A stretch of DNA of 64,000 bases from Lepidodermella squamata. Taxonomy: Eukaryota; Animalia; Gastrotricha. Shown piece after piece: positions 60,317-64,000 of the stretch (its first letter is position 1; each line of letters starts with the position of its first letter). The stretch lies in NCBI GenBank assembly GCA_047495785.1, contig JBLDXI010000001.1, forward strand, positions 1,116,001 through 1,180,000, written 5' to 3'. A model generated the notes under the pieces. That model ran no database searches and was not told where the DNA came from. It saw only the letters and a program-made list of their open reading frames with translations. Made by a program: the position numbers and the translations under genes.

Positions 60317-60781
60317 ATGGCAGAAGTCATTCAAGCTTTTGGAAGCAGCTTCTACAAAGCCTTAGTCGGCCAGCGTAACACATGGATCGTGAACCAAGCT
60401 GATACATCCGTCAAATACCGCCTCAGCGAGTACGGTAATGAATTCCGTTGCATTGCCTTCGGAACCCTGCAATCCGGGGCTGAAGTTTGCATCCCAACAC
60501 CCTGGGTTAGAGTTGCTTTGACTGTCACGGAATGCGGCAAGGATGAACCTAGTGCTCTGTTGAGCAACGAGGCGAATCGAAATTTCATTATTCGAAGGCA
60601 GGGTGAAGGATCCCTGGCGGTTGGACGGTCGATCCGGGGCGATATCTACAAGGAAGACACTGGAAAACAGCGAAATGGCCTGCAGAAAAAACGTCACGTT
60701 GTCTTAGGGGCAGCCATTCCCCTACTCATTCTAGCATTTCTTATTCACTATTTATTCTTTCGCAAATCCAACGAATGTTAA
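60317..60781 (+). CDS. Small unknown protein with C-terminal TM (tail anchor)
   Basis: 154-aa ORF with AAGATGG start context, CATAAAT upstream and AATAAA downstream; tail VVLGAAIPLLILAFLIHYLFFRK. Confidence 0.7.
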   Translation: MAEVIQAFGSSFYKALVGQRNTWIVNQADTSVKYRLSEYGNEFRCIAFGTLQSGAEVCIPTPWVRVALTVTECGKDEPSALLSNEANRNFIIRRQGEGSLAVGRSIRGDIYKEDTGKQRNGLQKKRHVVLGAAIPLLILAFLIHYLFFRKSNEC

Positions 60782-60880
60782 ATTAAAGCTTGCAGCCGGT
60801 GAGGCAAATAATAAATGAATAAATGCTTTATTTCAATCATTTTTATTTCATTAATCGGCCCTCATCTTTTCTCGATCGAT

Positions 60881-62121
60881 TCATTCAACATCCTGAAGCC
60901 ATTCGGCTGGAATATTTTCCTCGACATATTTTTCGAATCGCGCCAACAGCTCAGGGTCTTTGAAGTGGTTGCGCCAGTCACCAACGATGCCTTTTCTCGT
61001 GTAAGAGTGTTCTTTGTTGAAGAAACCAGTCTTCCGGTACCAAGAATTGTCAGTCCAGCTGTGAACTTCTTTGTTTTCCTCGCGCATTTTTTCGAAACTG
61101 CTCAAATCGCGAATTTTCTCAACTGTCGCATCGTCCAAGTTTTTGCCTAGAAATGCGGCTATTTTACGAATTGTTCCAACATGGTCCTGAAAAAATTGGA
61201 ATATAGTGAAATCATATCCAAATCATTGAATTCAGTTCCAAATCTCCAATTTTAAGACCCAGCCTTCAACCCTAACCTAACCCAAATCTAACCCTCGCCC
61301 CAATCCTAACCCTAACCGGTTAAATAACGAATAAAATGGTTAGGTATTGAATTAAATGAAATTTGGTACCGTCGTAAGATTTTCCCGAAAAAAACTAAGT
61401 TGGATTATTTCTTGAAAATTTTTAAACATACTCTTCTCATGTCCTCATATCGAAGGATAAGGATTTTCTTTCCCTGTTTTTGCAACTCATACATCGAGCC
61501 AACGTGTTTGTGGTAAGGACAGGCGTAGATTTCGCCTTTAATGAAATAGTCCGCCCATTCTTCAAAGGTAAGGCTAAACGGGAAAAAACCACCAGCCAGG
61601 CCTTTAACATGGTGGTAGAACGACACGACCGTGTCTTTCGGGTTTCGGTAGACGTAAATCACTCGGGCTTTAAAAGTGTCCTTCGGCAGCATTTCGCCGG
61701 GCAGATGAGTCATCCAAAAGCGTTTCCCCGGTTTTGCAGCCAGTCGCTCGAGTGTCGCTGGCAGGGGCGGTTTCGGCATTTCCAACGGCATTCGCTCATC
61801 AGCCGGCATTACGTTGTCGAAATCGCCCGTCTCAACCAGCCATATCATGTAGTGAAGCCAGTGAGTACCCGATTTCGGGAAGCTCAGGCAAAATATGTCC
61901 TCTTCTTTCACCGGCAGGTTGCGGATTTGAGGCCAGTACAGGGGAAGATAAGTTGGGAAGTAGTAGCCTCGGAATCTGGCGCAGGGTACGCCTTGACCAT
62001 TTGCGTTGCCTAATTCATTATAATTTTCGGCAAATTTTTCCATAAATCGCCGCGTGGCATCGTAATCCGGCTGTGCGTCCGGACCATCCGGTAGCATTTG
62101 CTTCACCTCGGGAGTATCCAT
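60881..62121 (-). CDS. Cytosolic sulfotransferase; 1 intron after YEDMRR
   Basis: SFPKSGTHW, THLP, YRNPKDTVVSFY, TRKGIVGDW. Confidence 0.93.
61268..61317. repeat. Degenerate CCCTAA/CCTAA (telomere-like) repeat in the sulfotransferase intron
   Basis: AACCCTAACCTAACCCAAATCTAACCCT...CCTAACCCTAACC. Confidence 0.6.
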
Positions 62122-63305
62122 TTTCTTCGGACTTTGTAACTGTGCTTGAAATGGGTGGGATTATTAAGCTATAAGAATACTTATGTGTGGCCGGCAGAAA
62201 AAACCCGACGATAGTCGAGATAAGGATGTACAGAAAACTAATCCGCTACTACAATAACAAGTTATCTCATCCTATGGTAGATTTTTGTCCTATTCACGGA
62301 GTAAATTGAGTATCAGGTCAAAAAATAATCATAGCATACACGTGACGGGACTGTTATTTACAATCAGCAAATTTCAGAAATAATATTATAACGGTACCAA
62401 GAATCAGGTCCATTTTCTGCTCATTGAGGTCTCTAATGTAGAGGACGAGCAAAAAGATAAAAATAAGCTATTAAACGCAGCTTAATAAATCAGGTCATTG
62501 CTATAATTAGACAATTTAAAAGGCGATTGCGACCTCAACATAAATTGCCCACTATAATCCACTAATACTCTCTCTAAAGCTTTTTCATTTGACAGTTGAC
62601 ATCGGACAATATTAGCTTTTCAATTGCGGAAGGCTAGCCGGATCGAACAGACAAAGGATTTTATATTTGACGAATTTACGTGAAAAAATCCCGGGATTTT
62701 ATTTAAAATAATTTTTATAAAAAAAATTAATTGACGAAATCGGTTAAATTTAACCTGAAGTCACATTCACGTCAAAACTAGTAATTTTGAATGTCACGTG
62801 GGCACGTGCCCTTTAATCCTCGAAAACTGGGAAGTACAAAAATCAATTATTTAATCCTCACTTGACCTGCCGATTGCTGCTCTAGACAGTGTTTGATTCA
62901 ACACGTGCCAAAATAGTAATCTTCGCTGTTCCGTTCACTCGCGTCTTGAAAGGTTCACTCACGATGCATTCTATGGTAGCCACTAAACATCCGGTGCTGG
63001 AGACGAAACATCGTGCCTCGCTGATCGAAGCGTTCGAATGTTATGGCATAGCACGCGTAATGTATCTACGAAAAATTCACATTTTTTGAAATTTGATTCG
63101 AAATTTCGAGCACCTGACTTCCTCCTATATGCATTGTCCCGATGAAGCGAACGCGAGAAAAACAGCCGCTTCCTCCCGTCGTGAAAGCTTTGACCGAGCG
63201 CTGTAAGATGATCTTAATGCATAGGCCAAGGTCAAGGTTAAATAGATCAGAAATTATTCATTTTTCGCCGCTTCTTCCTCATCATTTCAAAGGTCAATTA
63301 AAGAA

Positions 63306-64000
63306 ATGATGAAAACCGCAGTTTTCGGCCTGATTGCTTTCGATGCAATTATGGCTCAGAATTTACTTGTCAAGCAAAATATAACAATCCTAGCTCTAGT
63401 CCCTGTTACCGGGCAAAGTCCATTCAATGGCAGATTATGCTCAGCCGCGATGCAAATAGCGATCGATGCAGTGAACGAAAATCGAAATATTCTACCTGAT
63501 TACCACGTTTCAGCTCGGTATGTCGACGAAGGTCCTCAAACATTGGTTGGGATAAAAAATCTCATCGCATTCAACGACGACGCAACAATTCGAAAAGCCC
63601 CGATCATAGTCGGGCCGATGAATGCCTGCCAAAACATCGCACCGGTCGCTCGGGGCTTGAACTACGTCCAAGTCACCACGCGATGCGCCGGGCCGGTTTT
63701 TACTGCAAATAGGAAGGCCTTTCCTAACCTGTACCGCATCGTCCGTCCTAACGAGATGATGGAAATAGAGCTGCTGTACTTCGCGAAGGAAATCGGTATG
63801 TGGAACCAGGTCGGCTTCGTCTTCTCGACTCGCGTTGTTCCATCTACAACATGGCCGATAGCTGCGAGAAAGGCTGGGATAGACATTTTATTCTACGGAG
63901 GCGCGACTGACTACAACTCTGAGTTCATGCTGACTTTGAAGCTATCCAAGGCGAGAATTATCATCGCATCTCTTCAAGACGCGCCGTCGATAGTTCAATT
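63306..64000 (+). CDS. Second GABA-B-like class C GPCR / Venus-flytrap receptor, 3' end outside window (absent from the ORF track)
   Basis: MMKTAVFGLIAF..ILALVPVTG..AMQIAIDAVNENRNILPDYHV..IVGP..AFPNLYRIV..W..KARIII; open to the window end. Confidence 0.85.
   Translation, partial: MMKTAVFGLIAFDAIMAQNLLVKQNITILALVPVTGQSPFNGRLCSAAMQIAIDAVNENRNILPDYHVSARYVDEGPQTLVGIKNLIAFNDDATIRKAPIIVGPMNACQNIAPVARGLNYVQVTTRCAGPVFTANRKAFPNLYRIVRPNEMMEIELLYFAKEIGMWNQVGFVFSTRVVPSTTWPIAARKAGIDILFYGGATDYNSEFMLTLKLSKARIIIASLQDAPSIVQ

Noticed and set aside
61268-61317. True telomere or chromosome end
   Set aside because: Short, degenerate and intronic.

Overview
Gene-dense nuclear DNA from a compact-genome invertebrate animal: introns are mostly 45-65 nt with TTTCAG/TTTTAG acceptors, and the taxon is not determinable here. 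Contents in order: ankyrin gene (partial), LicD/fukutin-like gene, Ly6/three-finger gene, a sulfotransferase, a tRNA-Thr gene split by a TIR element, an intronless GABA-B-like class C GPCR, a class A GPCR, a Sushi/CCP protein, a chimeric duplicated segment, and a hAT-disrupted pseudogene. A ~20 kb run of nine minus-strand genes follows, holding five secreted proteins built of 2 or 4 tandem dynein-light-chain (LC8)-like domains, three divergent non-alpha Cys-loop channel subunits between them, and one sulfotransferase. The window ends with a sulfotransferase/CYP/Ly6 cluster and a second class C GPCR (partial). The strongest candidate for an undescribed system is the secreted tandem-LC8-fold family interleaved, possibly operon-like, with the orphan Cys-loop receptor trio. 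Gene models were spliced by eye and no searches were run.
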